From a virus, in IMG/VR virus record IMGVR_UViG_3300021956_000014: DNA of 64,000 nucleotides, one strand, 5' to 3'. The translations under genes and the position numbers were made by a program. Below are positions 9,168 to 17,980 of this stretch, piece after piece. How positions within the stretch are numbered: the first letter of the stretch is position 1; each line of letters opens with the position of its first letter. The notes below the pieces were generated by a model that was given only the letters and a program-made list of their open reading frames with translations, did not search any database and had not been told where the DNA came from.

Positions 9168-11415
9168 CTACAGTAGGGGGTGCTTCAATGCTAATGCGAC
9201 TGTCAAACGTAAATTCTGTTCCTGTCCAGTCAACAGTAATTGAACTATTAGGAGGTACACGCTCAAACAATATCTTTTTACTTAGCGGAACCTTAATTAA
9301 ATCGTTGATTTTACGACCCAGCGGCCTTGCGCCCATTTTGCTATCATAGCCAACTTCAGCTAAATGATCAACTGCGGCTTCAGTTAGTCTAATCTTAATA
9401 GATTTTTCACTTAGCAATTCGTTAACTTCGTTAATAAACTTGGCAACAACCTTCTTAATACTCAATTGATCGAGTTTATTAAATTTACAAATGCCATCTA
9501 GGCGGTTACGGAACTCAGGTCTGAAAAATTCCTTAACAGCCTTGTCGTCTTCACCAGTTTTTTCCTGTGTACCGAAGCCAATACTGTTGCGCTCGTTGTC
9601 GGCCGCTCCCAGGTTACTGGTTAGGATAATAATGGCATTACGTGCATCAGCTTTTTTGCCATTGCTGGATGTAACAGTACCTTCATCCATTAGCTGTAAC
9701 AAGACATTGCTGACATCTGGGTGTGCTTTTTCAATTTCGTCAAACAAGATAACAGCATTACTGTTCTTTTCTAAATCACTGATTAGTAATCCGCCACCAA
9801 GATTGCTGTCTTCGTAGCCTACATACCCCGGGGGCGCACCAATCAGCTTACTAGCTGAGTGCTTTTCTTGGTATTCACTCATATCATAACGTAATAGTTT
9901 CATCCCAAGGTTTTCGGCTAATAGTTTAGCCAATTCAGTTTTACCTGTACCAGTTGGTCCTAGGAACAAGAAACTGCCAATTGGCTTGTTAATACCTTTA
10001 AGTCCGGCACGACTAACATAGATGCGCTCAAGGATAGTATCAACAACTTGTTCTTGTCCATACAACTTAGCTTTAATGTTACCTTCTAGGTTGTCCAGAC
10101 TGCGTACAGTTTCAGCACCAATTTGATCTGCGGGTATTTTAGTAAACTTGCTCAGTGTATCAATGATATGGCTCTTGTTAACCACCCAATCTTTTTCTAC
10201 TAGTTTAGTTCTAGCACATGCGCTGTCAATTAAATCAATGGCCTTGTCGGGTAAACGCTTGTCTGTTTGATATCGTACACTGAGATCAACAGCACTATCA
10301 ATCGCTGAATCATCAATGACGCCGCCGTGAAACTCTTCAAAGTAGCCACGTAGGCCACGCAAAATGTCTTTGGCCACAGAAGGTGTTGGTTCTTCTACCG
10401 GTAGCCTATGGAAACGGCGCATTAGCGCACGATCCTTTTCAAAACTCTGTGTGTATTCTTCCCAAGTAGTTGATGCAATGACTTTAATCTGACCTTTGCT
10501 GAGTGCAGGTTTGATCATATTGCTAAAGTCCACACTACTTTGACTACCTGATCCGGCGCCCTGCATTTGATGTGCTTCATCAATGAACAAGATACACTTG
10601 CCACGTGCTATTAATGCTTCAATTACATCCTTGACCTTTTCTTCAAACTCACCGCGATATTTACTGCCTGCTAGGATACTACCAATGTCTAAGTTAAACA
10701 CAGTATAATCTAACAAATACTCAGGAACTTCTTTATTAAAGATATTTCTGGCCAGCCCCTCAGCAATGGCGGTCTTACCTACACCCGGATCGCCTACTAA
10801 CAAGATATTGCTTTTGTTGCGTTTGGCCAATACTTGTGCAATTTCATTAATTTCAAACTCTCGACCAATTACGGGATCGATGTTGCCTGCGGCGGCCGAC
10901 TCGCTAAGATTAGTACAATACTCGTCAAGGATATCGTGTCCTCGCATTTTCCTTGCGGCTCTAGCCTGTTTGGCTTCTTGATAGTTTTCGTTATAGAACT
11001 CAATTAGTTTTTGTCTATCAAGTCCGTACTTGAGCATGAAGTATGCGGCGTGGCTGTTAGTTTCGTTTGTGATACTCAAGAAGATATCAATAACTTGAAT
11101 GTGTGTACGCCCACTAAACAATACTTGAGTAAATGCACGATTAAACATACGCTCAAGAGCATGTGTTTTCTTTGGTTCACAACCATTTTCTTTGCTGACT
11201 AGATAAGTCTGCGACATTAAAAATGTGTGCAATTCAATGACCATGCTGTCAACATCAGCGCCAAAATTCTGGCAAAGCTCGTAAAATGGTTTATACAACA
11301 TAACCGCTTTGAGCAAGTGCTCTAAAGTCACATACTCGTGGTTAAGCTCTTTAGCTGACTTAATAGCCGAACTAACAATTACTTCAATTTCGGGATTTGG
11401 TTGTATAGTCATCAT
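9136..11415 (-). CDS. clpA: ClpA-type AAA+ unfoldase (ATP-dependent Clp protease ATP-binding subunit)
   Basis: 759 aa; Clp N-domain; two Walker A boxes (GDPGVGKTAIAEGLA, GPTGTGKTELAKLLA); KLIGAPPGYVGY; ERNSIGFG aligning with the ClpA IGL ClpP-docking loop; no ClpB middle domain. Confidence 0.9.
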   Translation of the reverse strand: MMTIQPNPEIEVIVSSAIKSAKELNHEYVTLEHLLKAVMLYKPFYELCQNFGADVDSMVIELHTFLMSQTYLVSKENGCEPKKTHALERMFNRAFTQVLFSGRTHIQVIDIFLSITNETNSHAAYFMLKYGLDRQKLIEFYNENYQEAKQARAARKMRGHDILDEYCTNLSESAAAGNIDPVIGREFEINEIAQVLAKRNKSNILLVGDPGVGKTAIAEGLARNIFNKEVPEYLLDYTVFNLDIGSILAGSKYRGEFEEKVKDVIEALIARGKCILFIDEAHQMQGAGSGSQSSVDFSNMIKPALSKGQIKVIASTTWEEYTQSFEKDRALMRRFHRLPVEEPTPSVAKDILRGLRGYFEEFHGGVIDDSAIDSAVDLSVRYQTDKRLPDKAIDLIDSACARTKLVEKDWVVNKSHIIDTLSKFTKIPADQIGAETVRSLDNLEGNIKAKLYGQEQVVDTILERIYVSRAGLKGINKPIGSFLFLGPTGTGKTELAKLLAENLGMKLLRYDMSEYQEKHSASKLIGAPPGYVGYEDSNLGGGLLISDLEKNSNAVILFDEIEKAHPDVSNVLLQLMDEGTVTSSNGKKADARNAIIILTSNLGAADNERNSIGFGTQEKTGEDDKAVKEFFRPEFRNRLDGICKFNKLDQLSIKKVVAKFINEVNELLSEKSIKIRLTEAAVDHLAEVGYDSKMGARPLGRKINDLIKVPLSKKILFERVPPNSSITVDWTGTEFTFDSRISIEAPPTVDEHGYIVLEK

Positions 11416-11438
11416 GTTTAAGGTATTGTTGTTCTATA

Positions 11439-11467
11439 AGTATACAGTAAAACCAGTATACCTGCAA
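11439..11467 (-). promoter_or_regulatory. sigma70-like promoter upstream of clpA
   Basis: Minus strand TTGCAG-17 nt-TATACT, about 25 nt upstream of the clpA ATG. Confidence 0.4.
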
Positions 11468-11479
11468 CCTTTAAAATAT

Positions 11480-12334
11480 TTATTGGTTAGATTGGATTTG
11501 ACGTATTAATTCTAACTGCTGTTCAGTTAAGTGTTTAGGTACACTGACTGCGATTTCAACTAACAAGTTACCGCGAACGTTATGATTCAAATGATATAGG
11601 CCTTCGCCACGCACACGCATCATGGTTCCGGGTTGTGTACCGGGTGGTACTTGCAATTCAAACATTCGACCATCTAGTCCTGTAATTTCTGTAACGCCAC
11701 CAGTGATTGCGTCAAGACAATTTATAGAGACTTTAGAGATTAAGTCAACTCCGTCTATTCTAAATCTATGGTCTGGAGTAACATTAAAAACAATATACAA
11801 ATCACCGCGAGGTAATGTGTTGAACATATTGTCCCCTAGACCTGGATACTTTATCTGTGCTCCTGCGTGTATTCCTCTTGGTACAGTTACTTCTACAGTT
11901 TCTCTATGTCCTGTTGTTGTTTGTACACTTAATGTTTTCTTTTGTTCTTGTAGTGTTTCTGCTAACGGCATTACAACTTCAACTCTAAGATCTTTGTTTT
12001 TTCTAGGATGACGCTGTCCAAAAGGACTGCCATGACCAAATGGGCCTCCAGGAAAACCAAAGCCTCTAAGAATGTCTTCCATACCCGGCGGCATTTGGTC
12101 GAAGTCGTTACCGTTTACAGTAAAACGGAACCCACCAGGATTGCGACGTTCGTTGTCATACTGTGCTCGTTTGTTTGGGTCTTCTAGTACAGCGTATGCG
12201 GCCTGTATTTCTTGAAACTTCTGTGTGTCACCACCTTTGTCCGGGTGATGTTTGCTCGCGAGACTACGATATGCTTTTTTAATTTCGTCGGCCGTTGCAT
12301 TTTCGGCAACACCTAGTGTAGCATAATGAGTCAT
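11480..12334 (-). CDS. DnaJ/CbpA-type J-domain co-chaperone
   Basis: 284 aa; N-terminal J domain (YATLGV...KKAYRSLASKHHPDKGGD, HPD motif), no Cys-rich zinc finger, C-terminal DnaJ_C-like domains: CbpA-like architecture. Confidence 0.8.
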   Translation of the reverse strand: MTHYATLGVAENATADEIKKAYRSLASKHHPDKGGDTQKFQEIQAAYAVLEDPNKRAQYDNERRNPGGFRFTVNGNDFDQMPPGMEDILRGFGFPGGPFGHGSPFGQRHPRKNKDLRVEVVMPLAETLQEQKKTLSVQTTTGHRETVEVTVPRGIHAGAQIKYPGLGDNMFNTLPRGDLYIVFNVTPDHRFRIDGVDLISKVSINCLDAITGGVTEITGLDGRMFELQVPPGTQPGTMMRVRGEGLYHLNHNVRGNLLVEIAVSVPKHLTEQQLELIRQIQSNQ

Positions 12335-12342
12335 ATTCTCTT

Positions 12343-12383
12343 ATTATAAATGAGAAACCGGATAGTGTCAAGCTATCCGGTTT
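12343..12383 (-). promoter_or_regulatory. perfect-consensus sigma70-like promoter overlapping a terminator-like hairpin
   Basis: Minus strand TTGACA-17-TATAAT ending 8 nt before the dnaJ-like ATG; -35 and spacer lie inside hairpin AAACCGGATAG(N7)CTATCCGGTTT that follows the upstream gene. Confidence 0.5.
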
Positions 12384-12398
12384 GTGAGTAATTTCTAA

Positions 12399-12614
12399 TT
12401 ACTTCTTTTTAGTACCGTCTGGTACTTTTTCACCTTCAACTTTTTTGTGGACTTTGATGGTCTTACATACCTGTTGTGGCTTTCCATCTTTACCGTTTAC
12501 TACCTTGCCGGCTTTGTCTTTTTTATCTTCACAGACTTCTTTTTTCTCACCACCGGCATAAGCAGTTGACGCAACTGCTAAACATAGTCCTGCTACAAAT
12601 ATATAATTTTTCAT
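12399..12614 (-). CDS. small secreted Lys-rich protein
   Basis: 71 aa; signal peptide MKNYIFVAGLCLAVASTAYA; mature part K/E/G-rich. Confidence 0.45.
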   Translation of the reverse strand: MKNYIFVAGLCLAVASTAYAGGEKKEVCEDKKDKAGKVVNGKDGKPQQVCKTIKVHKKVEGEKVPDGTKKK

Positions 12615-12623
12615 TTTGTTTCC

Positions 12624-13154
12624 TTAAATCAATGGTTGTGGTGTATCGGGAACTATTTTCTTTCCTGATGCAGTTGTTGCAGGTACGCTTCCAAATCCGC
12701 TTGAATCAAAGCCTGTTGATGCTGGTTGTGCTGTTTGCGTAAATCCAGTCGATCCCGCTCCAAAGCCTGAACCACTGTTAAAGCCTCCCGCTGTTGCCCC
12801 GAATCCTCCTGTTGGTGCAGGGCTAGGTGCTGTAAACCCGCTTGGTGCAGGGGTTGATGTTTGTGCTCCGCCATTGTTTGCTCCGTTAAGTTTTTCTTGT
12901 GTACGACCAAATGCCGCAATACCAAGAACTGCACCCATTGCGATATGGAATAAGCCGGCACCTTGTAAGGTTAATGGATTCCATTGTGTAATAGGACTGT
13001 GTGTTAGGGTTTGTAATAAACTCCACAAGATCGGAAATACTACCATGTCCATCATACAGACGACCATGTACATCCAACCCATCATTGGACGCCATTTACT
13101 GTTCATCCAATCTTCTTTTTTCTGTTCGCTTGCGCTTTTTCTTTCTTCTGACAT
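12624..13154 (-). CDS. membrane protein with Gly/Ser/Thr-rich FG-repeat tail
   Basis: 176 aa; two predicted TM segments then disordered tail with repeated GFG/GF motifs (SGFGAGSTGF, GFDSSGFG). Confidence 0.45.
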   Translation of the reverse strand: MSEERKSASEQKKEDWMNSKWRPMMGWMYMVVCMMDMVVFPILWSLLQTLTHSPITQWNPLTLQGAGLFHIAMGAVLGIAAFGRTQEKLNGANNGGAQTSTPAPSGFTAPSPAPTGGFGATAGGFNSGSGFGAGSTGFTQTAQPASTGFDSSGFGSVPATTASGKKIVPDTPQPLI

Positions 13155-13189
13155 GTATGGCTCCTAATCGAATTATTTTTAATATTTAG

Positions 13190-13774
13190 TTAAAACCACA
13201 GTAATAAGCCTTGGCTACTTAATAAGACCCCAATGCCTGCTACTGCAAAACTGCCCCAGAATAACGGCATGCTAACAGCAAGAATACTAGCCGATAGTAG
13301 CACGATGCTTAACTGATAGGCAGTACTTGCATATCCAATCCACGGGCTACGCAATTTAGCTTGATCACGTTCAGCTTCTAATGCACGAGCTTTGGCTAAT
13401 AAATCTTTTTTACCATCCTTGGGTTCGTTTTCGTAACGATCAATCTTTGCGGCTAACTCTTCGGCACGTTTTTTATCGCCTGCTCGCAGAGCATCATCGC
13501 GGGCATATTCAGCCATTGTTTGTTTTAAACTCTTGGCTTGATAAAAGCTGTAAGTATCGTTGGCTTTAATTGTATTGTTAAGTATAGTAGAACTTAACCC
13601 GCCGCCATACCAAGCATTAATAGCAAGCAATAATGCAAACACGTTAATAACCATACCGGCTTTGTCTTTGATCTTTGCTTCACGTTCGCTACGTGAGCCC
13701 ACCGGTGGCTTGGGTGCGTCTGGATCTTTTGGGGTTTTGTTTACTAACCCTAATACTGAATCTATTAATGCCAT
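13190..13774 (-). CDS. membrane protein (holin candidate)
   Basis: 194 aa; hydrophobic segments near residues 40-60 and two at the C-terminus; charged coiled-coil middle; position next to lysis genes. Confidence 0.35.
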   Translation of the reverse strand: MALIDSVLGLVNKTPKDPDAPKPPVGSRSEREAKIKDKAGMVINVFALLLAINAWYGGGLSSTILNNTIKANDTYSFYQAKSLKQTMAEYARDDALRAGDKKRAEELAAKIDRYENEPKDGKKDLLAKARALEAERDQAKLRSPWIGYASTAYQLSIVLLSASILAVSMPLFWGSFAVAGIGVLLSSQGLLLWF

Positions 13775-13797
13775 TTACTTCTTCCTTCTAAAAATTG

Positions 13798-13986
13798 TTA
13801 TGCTAGTTTCATTGCTATGTTGCACGCCTGTACAACATATCTGAATAATTGTTCATTGCCGGCACATTCATTTGCGGCTCTAACATCTCGTATCTCTGTC
13901 AACAGATAATCTCTCTCTTCTGCACTGATGTTACCTAGTTGACATTGTTCATTGATTGCTTGGATTTCTTGCTCTAGTGGATGCAT
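13798..13986 (-). CDS. hypothetical small protein
   Basis: 62 aa ORF in the lysis region. Confidence 0.3.
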   Translation of the reverse strand: MHPLEQEIQAINEQCQLGNISAEERDYLLTEIRDVRAANECAGNEQLFRYVVQACNIAMKLA

Positions 13987-13987
13987 A

Positions 13988-14347
13988 TTATCTTCCTTGC
14001 CATGCCGACCGTGCGGCTTCTATTCTTTGTTGGGCTGTTTTTTTGCCTAGTTCACAAAATGTTTTACTGCCGCCTTTGGCCATACGTTCAGTATGTGCCA
14101 ATAGGCCCTTCATGTTAGCGGTCTGCGGATCCTTACGCCATTCGGCATATTGTGCTAAAACTTCGGCATTGCTGTGTGCCTGAGACCAATCTGGTCGTTC
14201 ACAATCAACATGCTTGATTGCAATGTCTGTAGTTATCAAGTGGTTAAACATAACAGGATCGTGGTCACGCGGCCAATACTGTTTTAAATCTTGTATGGTT
14301 GAACAACCCGACAACAACACAACAGCAATACAGGCAAGTTTTTTCAT
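13988..14347 (-). CDS. lipoprotein
   Basis: 119 aa; lipobox LLSGC after signal peptide MKKLACIAVVLLSG-C. Confidence 0.5.
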   Translation of the reverse strand: MKKLACIAVVLLSGCSTIQDLKQYWPRDHDPVMFNHLITTDIAIKHVDCERPDWSQAHSNAEVLAQYAEWRKDPQTANMKGLLAHTERMAKGGSKTFCELGKKTAQQRIEAARSAWQGR

Positions 14348-14613
14348 TTCTTTAGATCCTCATGTATTTTCTTTTGTATTTGATACCATTCCTGCCAAGC
14401 ATCTGCTTTTACAGCACATTCATAATAGGTGCTGTAGTTTATTGTGATTGTTTTTGCTATGTCGCTTAACTTAGCTTCTTCGGATATTTTTTCTAAGTTA
14501 GGGCAACGTACTGTAGCCGCATTACTGGGAGGCTCGGGGAACTTGGTCACTACAGGCACAGAAGATGCACAGGCAGTTAACATGATAGACAATGCAATTA
14601 TCGAATATTTCAT
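14344..14613 (-). CDS. outer-membrane lipoprotein, o-spanin (Rz1-like) candidate
   Basis: 89 aa; lipobox MLTAC; Pro-rich mature N-terminus (PVVTKFPEPP); extra Cys; directly follows i-spanin-like gene with 4-nt overlap. Confidence 0.5.
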   Translation of the reverse strand: MKYSIIALSIMLTACASSVPVVTKFPEPPSNAATVRCPNLEKISEEAKLSDIAKTITINYSTYYECAVKADAWQEWYQIQKKIHEDLKK

Positions 14614-15092
14614 TTCGGTGGCTCCGCCGCATCATTTAATGCTTTGATAAATTCCTTAGGAATTTCACATTGACCGCCAGGGGCAAATTTAACATCATAC
14701 TTGACTACCTCACGGTCAACGTACTGTTTAATATATTCGGTACGTCCTTTGATATATTTGATTTTTCCGTCCATGGCCTTGGCTAGTTTGGCATTGGCTT
14801 CTTGCGACTCTGCTTCTGCTTTAGCTACTCGTGATTCTGCTTCTGCTACCCGGGCTCGCCAGTCTGCTTCTGTCTGGTAACTGCCTTTAAAATAAACTCC
14901 AGCCAACAACACAGCCGCACTTAGTAATTGTATAAAAGTTATATAAGGAGCCAACGGAGGGAACCAGCGCAATATTCTGTTGATTACAAAATAACTTAAG
15001 AATGTTGCAACCGCACCCAATATCAAAATAGCATTAACTACATGTACCAGTATTGAGTCTGGAACAAAACTTAGTAGCCACATGTTAGACAC
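14610..15092 (-). CDS. i-spanin (Rz-like) candidate with two N-terminal TM helices
   Basis: 160 aa; N-terminal hydrophobic segments then long Ala/Glu/Lys coiled coil (ARVAEAESRVAKAEAESQEANAKLAKA); overlaps endolysin 3' end. Confidence 0.45.
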   Translation of the reverse strand: MSNMWLLSFVPDSILVHVVNAILILGAVATFLSYFVINRILRWFPPLAPYITFIQLLSAAVLLAGVYFKGSYQTEADWRARVAEAESRVAKAEAESQEANAKLAKAMDGKIKYIKGRTEYIKQYVDREVVKYDVKFAPGGQCEIPKEFIKALNDAAEPPK

Positions 15093-15717
15093 CTAGTACA
15101 TGGCAAGCATGGTTGTAATGTTTGATGCGATCTTCTAAGCCAATCGTACCACCGTTGATGCGTTTGGTCAGTGTTAAGATGTCACCTTTGTCTGCCCACT
15201 GGTTTAAGTTGTTGGCTTCCCAGAACCAACAGGCTGATTGTACGCAACCTTCAAATGTAGTCAAGTGCTCGCTGGCTTCTTCTACGCTGATCTCAAGACT
15301 CTGTGCATAGCGAGTATAGTTGTCTTTGCCAGTTAACTGTATTAGGCCGCGACCGCAATATCGATATCCATCGCCGGACTCTTCTGGGCCGTTGCCCATA
15401 CGGTTGGAATAGATGCGATTTGCAATAGCCTCTTGTTTGTTGGGCATAGAGCAATAGCGTTCTGCTGTAGGCAAATCAAAATACTTTTTAAACAACTGCA
15501 CCAGTGTTGCTGGTCTGTAGTTTAAGTTTTCTTTAATGGCTTTGAAGCCACCCGACTCATGAGCACATTGTGCCAAGAAGGCCGCTAGTCGTTGTGGTGT
15601 GTTTATATCATAATCTGGGCATATTTCGCATATTGCTTCATGCCAATGCTCGATATAAGGATTACCGGGTACTATTTGTTTTAATTGGTCGACTGTAAAG
15701 TCAAAATCGAATGCCAT
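15085..15717 (-). CDS. endolysin, glycoside hydrolase family 19 (chitinase-like lysozyme)
   Basis: 210 aa; FLAQCAHESGGF...YRYCGRGLIQLTGKDNY, the GH19 catalytic Glu-containing signature found in phage endolysins. Confidence 0.85.
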   Translation of the reverse strand: MAFDFDFTVDQLKQIVPGNPYIEHWHEAICEICPDYDINTPQRLAAFLAQCAHESGGFKAIKENLNYRPATLVQLFKKYFDLPTAERYCSMPNKQEAIANRIYSNRMGNGPEESGDGYRYCGRGLIQLTGKDNYTRYAQSLEISVEEASEHLTTFEGCVQSACWFWEANNLNQWADKGDILTLTKRINGGTIGLEDRIKHYNHACHVLGV

Positions 15718-16565
15718 TGCTTGTCTCCTAGGATAGCTTCAGTATTTAGCCTTCTTTGGATTAAGAATTGTTGCCACTTTATTAATTGGTCTGGTGTTAG
15801 TAAACTGTAAGCTCGACGATGTATGCTGGCTGTTAATAATTTTTTATCAGTTAACATCCTATTGTAATGTTCGTCAAAATTATCAACATCAGAATCTGCA
15901 ATGTTACAACAACTATAATATTGGGTTTTATTATACAACCGCTCGTACGTGCCGTGCCTAGACAATACAAAACTAGAATATAGATGAAACTCTGTAATTA
16001 GGTGTGGGTACCTGACATTGGTTTGAAAAAATTCTATAAAATCGCCGTAACTGTTTATTAGTTCTTTAACTGTTGCAGTATGGAACACAAAAGGAACACC
16101 TTGTGGTCCTATAACCACTGGCATTTCTACACTATAATATTTTTCAAGGAATTCTCTGCTACTGTCAAATACAGGGAACACTGGCACAGTACCGGCGGTA
16201 ACACGTTCTTGGTCGTCAAATAGTTTTGTTAAATCTAGCGGTTGTATAAACCAAGTTTTAGCATCTAGACTTATGCTCCATGGACTTTCGGCTTGCCCGG
16301 CCGCAAGCAATTTACAAAGCTGTTGGTTTTCCCATCCATTGATTCTACTTACGTAGTTCCAGTAACTATAAGGGATGATTTTAACTTTTGATTGGTGCGT
16401 ACCCCACCAGGCGGTGTCTATGAGATCTACAACATCATCCCAATCATTGACAACAACGTAAATGTTGCCAATGTCTGACTGCTGTGTATATAGTTCTATA
16501 GATCTTGCTTGAACTTGTAAGAAGTTTAATTCTTCTTGAAATACAATAGTAACTAAGTCAATCAT
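15681..16565 (-). CDS. hypothetical protein
   Basis: 294 aa ORF; no motif I can assign. Confidence 0.45.
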   Translation of the reverse strand: MIDLVTIVFQEELNFLQVQARSIELYTQQSDIGNIYVVVNDWDDVVDLIDTAWWGTHQSKVKIIPYSYWNYVSRINGWENQQLCKLLAAGQAESPWSISLDAKTWFIQPLDLTKLFDDQERVTAGTVPVFPVFDSSREFLEKYYSVEMPVVIGPQGVPFVFHTATVKELINSYGDFIEFFQTNVRYPHLITEFHLYSSFVLSRHGTYERLYNKTQYYSCCNIADSDVDNFDEHYNRMLTDKKLLTASIHRRAYSLLTPDQLIKWQQFLIQRRLNTEAILGDKQWHSILTLQSTN

Positions 16566-16570
16566 TGAGA

Positions 16571-17152
16571 TTAACGAATACCAGCCGCAATCCTTAGACT
16601 TTCTGTATATTCGTTTTTAGGAGCTTTGGTTTTAACTTTAATACCGGCCGCATTACGCATTGCGTCTAGGTCTCGATCATCACCTTTTTCTTTGTCTTCT
16701 TCTTTGTCCTTGTGCCCGAACTTTTGATTGTATTCTTCGGGGGTACTGGGAATTAAACTACGTAAACTGTCGACGTCCAGTTTATGATCTTCTTGGCTGG
16801 TATAGTAACGAACACGCCATTCTTCGGGCTCTTGTTCAGTGACATTCATAATGTCACCCATCATTTCATACAGATCTCGAGCCAAGTTAGGTGTGCGGTC
16901 TGCTTCTATAAAAACAATGTAATCACCGTCATCCATTTCGCCTGAACTGACGTCAGCATCAATAACCCACTCATAACCCTTTTCAATAAAGTTAACTAGG
17001 TCTTGTGCTGGTTCTTTGCCTTTGACTTTAAAACTAATAACCACGGTATCTTCGTCTGCACCCAACTTGCTTTTAAACTCGTCAATGTGCAATTCGTTGT
17101 GAATTAGTCTTTTTAAATCGCCGTGTTCTAGGCCTTCAAATAGTTGTTTCAT
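16571..17152 (-). CDS. acidic hypothetical protein
   Basis: 193 aa, strongly acidic (DKEEDKEKGDDRDLD). Confidence 0.45.
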   Translation of the reverse strand: MKQLFEGLEHGDLKRLIHNELHIDEFKSKLGADEDTVVISFKVKGKEPAQDLVNFIEKGYEWVIDADVSSGEMDDGDYIVFIEADRTPNLARDLYEMMGDIMNVTEQEPEEWRVRYYTSQEDHKLDVDSLRSLIPSTPEEYNQKFGHKDKEEDKEKGDDRDLDAMRNAAGIKVKTKAPKNEYTESLRIAAGIR

Positions 17153-17154
17153 AG

Positions 17155-17730
17155 TTATGCCGCCGGTGCTGGTGCAGGTGCTCCTGCGGGTGCTGGTGCA
17201 GGTGCGGCAGGTGCTGGTGCTCCTGCGGCCTGACCTTGTGTTTCAATTTCGTCGGCGCCAGTTTCGTAAGCTGATTCAACGTCTTCGGCTTCTACGCTTT
17301 CGCTTTCTAATTCTAAAGATCCACGTTCAATTTCAAACATTAATTTCTTGGGCATAGTAATTTCTACTAGCCATACAGGAACTTTACCAAGTCTTGGAAC
17401 TTTGGTTCCGGGCTTGAAGTCTGTGGGCTCTTTAACTTTAACGGGATATTCTAATACGTCTTTGGTCCACTTAATTTCGCAGTCGTATTCCATTAAACGC
17501 TCTGCGCCACGTGGATCGGGCATTAGTTTGTGTGGCCACATAAATGTACAAGTAACAAAATATTTTTCGTATTTTGGTCCTACAACTAATTCACCTGCTT
17601 TCCAATTTTTAAACACATACATGTCTAGTTCGTCAAGCACACGCTCAAAATCCATGAGGGTGCTTAAAGCACTATCGCTCATATAGATATCTTTGGTGTT
17701 TTGTATTACATCTTTAATATGATTGGCCAT
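17155..17730 (-). CDS. hypothetical protein with Ala/Pro-repeat C-terminal tail
   Basis: 191 aa ending AAGAPAPAAPAPAPAGAPAPAPAA, encoded by tandem GGTGCTGGTGCAGGTGC-like DNA repeats at 17157-17230. Confidence 0.45.
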   Translation of the reverse strand: MANHIKDVIQNTKDIYMSDSALSTLMDFERVLDELDMYVFKNWKAGELVVGPKYEKYFVTCTFMWPHKLMPDPRGAERLMEYDCEIKWTKDVLEYPVKVKEPTDFKPGTKVPRLGKVPVWLVEITMPKKLMFEIERGSLELESESVEAEDVESAYETGADEIETQGQAAGAPAPAAPAPAPAGAPAPAPAA

Positions 17731-17770
17731 AATTCATTCCGCTTTTGTATTATTTAGCCTAATAATACAT

Positions 17771-17980
17771 CTACGGTTGTTGTCTTTGCCATGAAATTTT
17801 GTTCCATACACGCTCATGTATCCAAAATAGGAATATTTTAGTCATTATTTCAGTAAGCGCGATTCCACTGGCTAACAACGCTTGTCCGGTGATAAGCCAA
17901 CTAATAAGAAATGTGTCAATAGTCCCAGTTACCCGCCAACTAACCGCTTTTGCTAAACTGCGTAAAGGTGTATCAACCAT
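17771..17980 (-). CDS. small membrane protein
   Basis: 69 aa with two hydrophobic helices. Confidence 0.3.
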   Translation of the reverse strand: MVDTPLRSLAKAVSWRVTGTIDTFLISWLITGQALLASGIALTEIMTKIFLFWIHERVWNKISWQRQQP

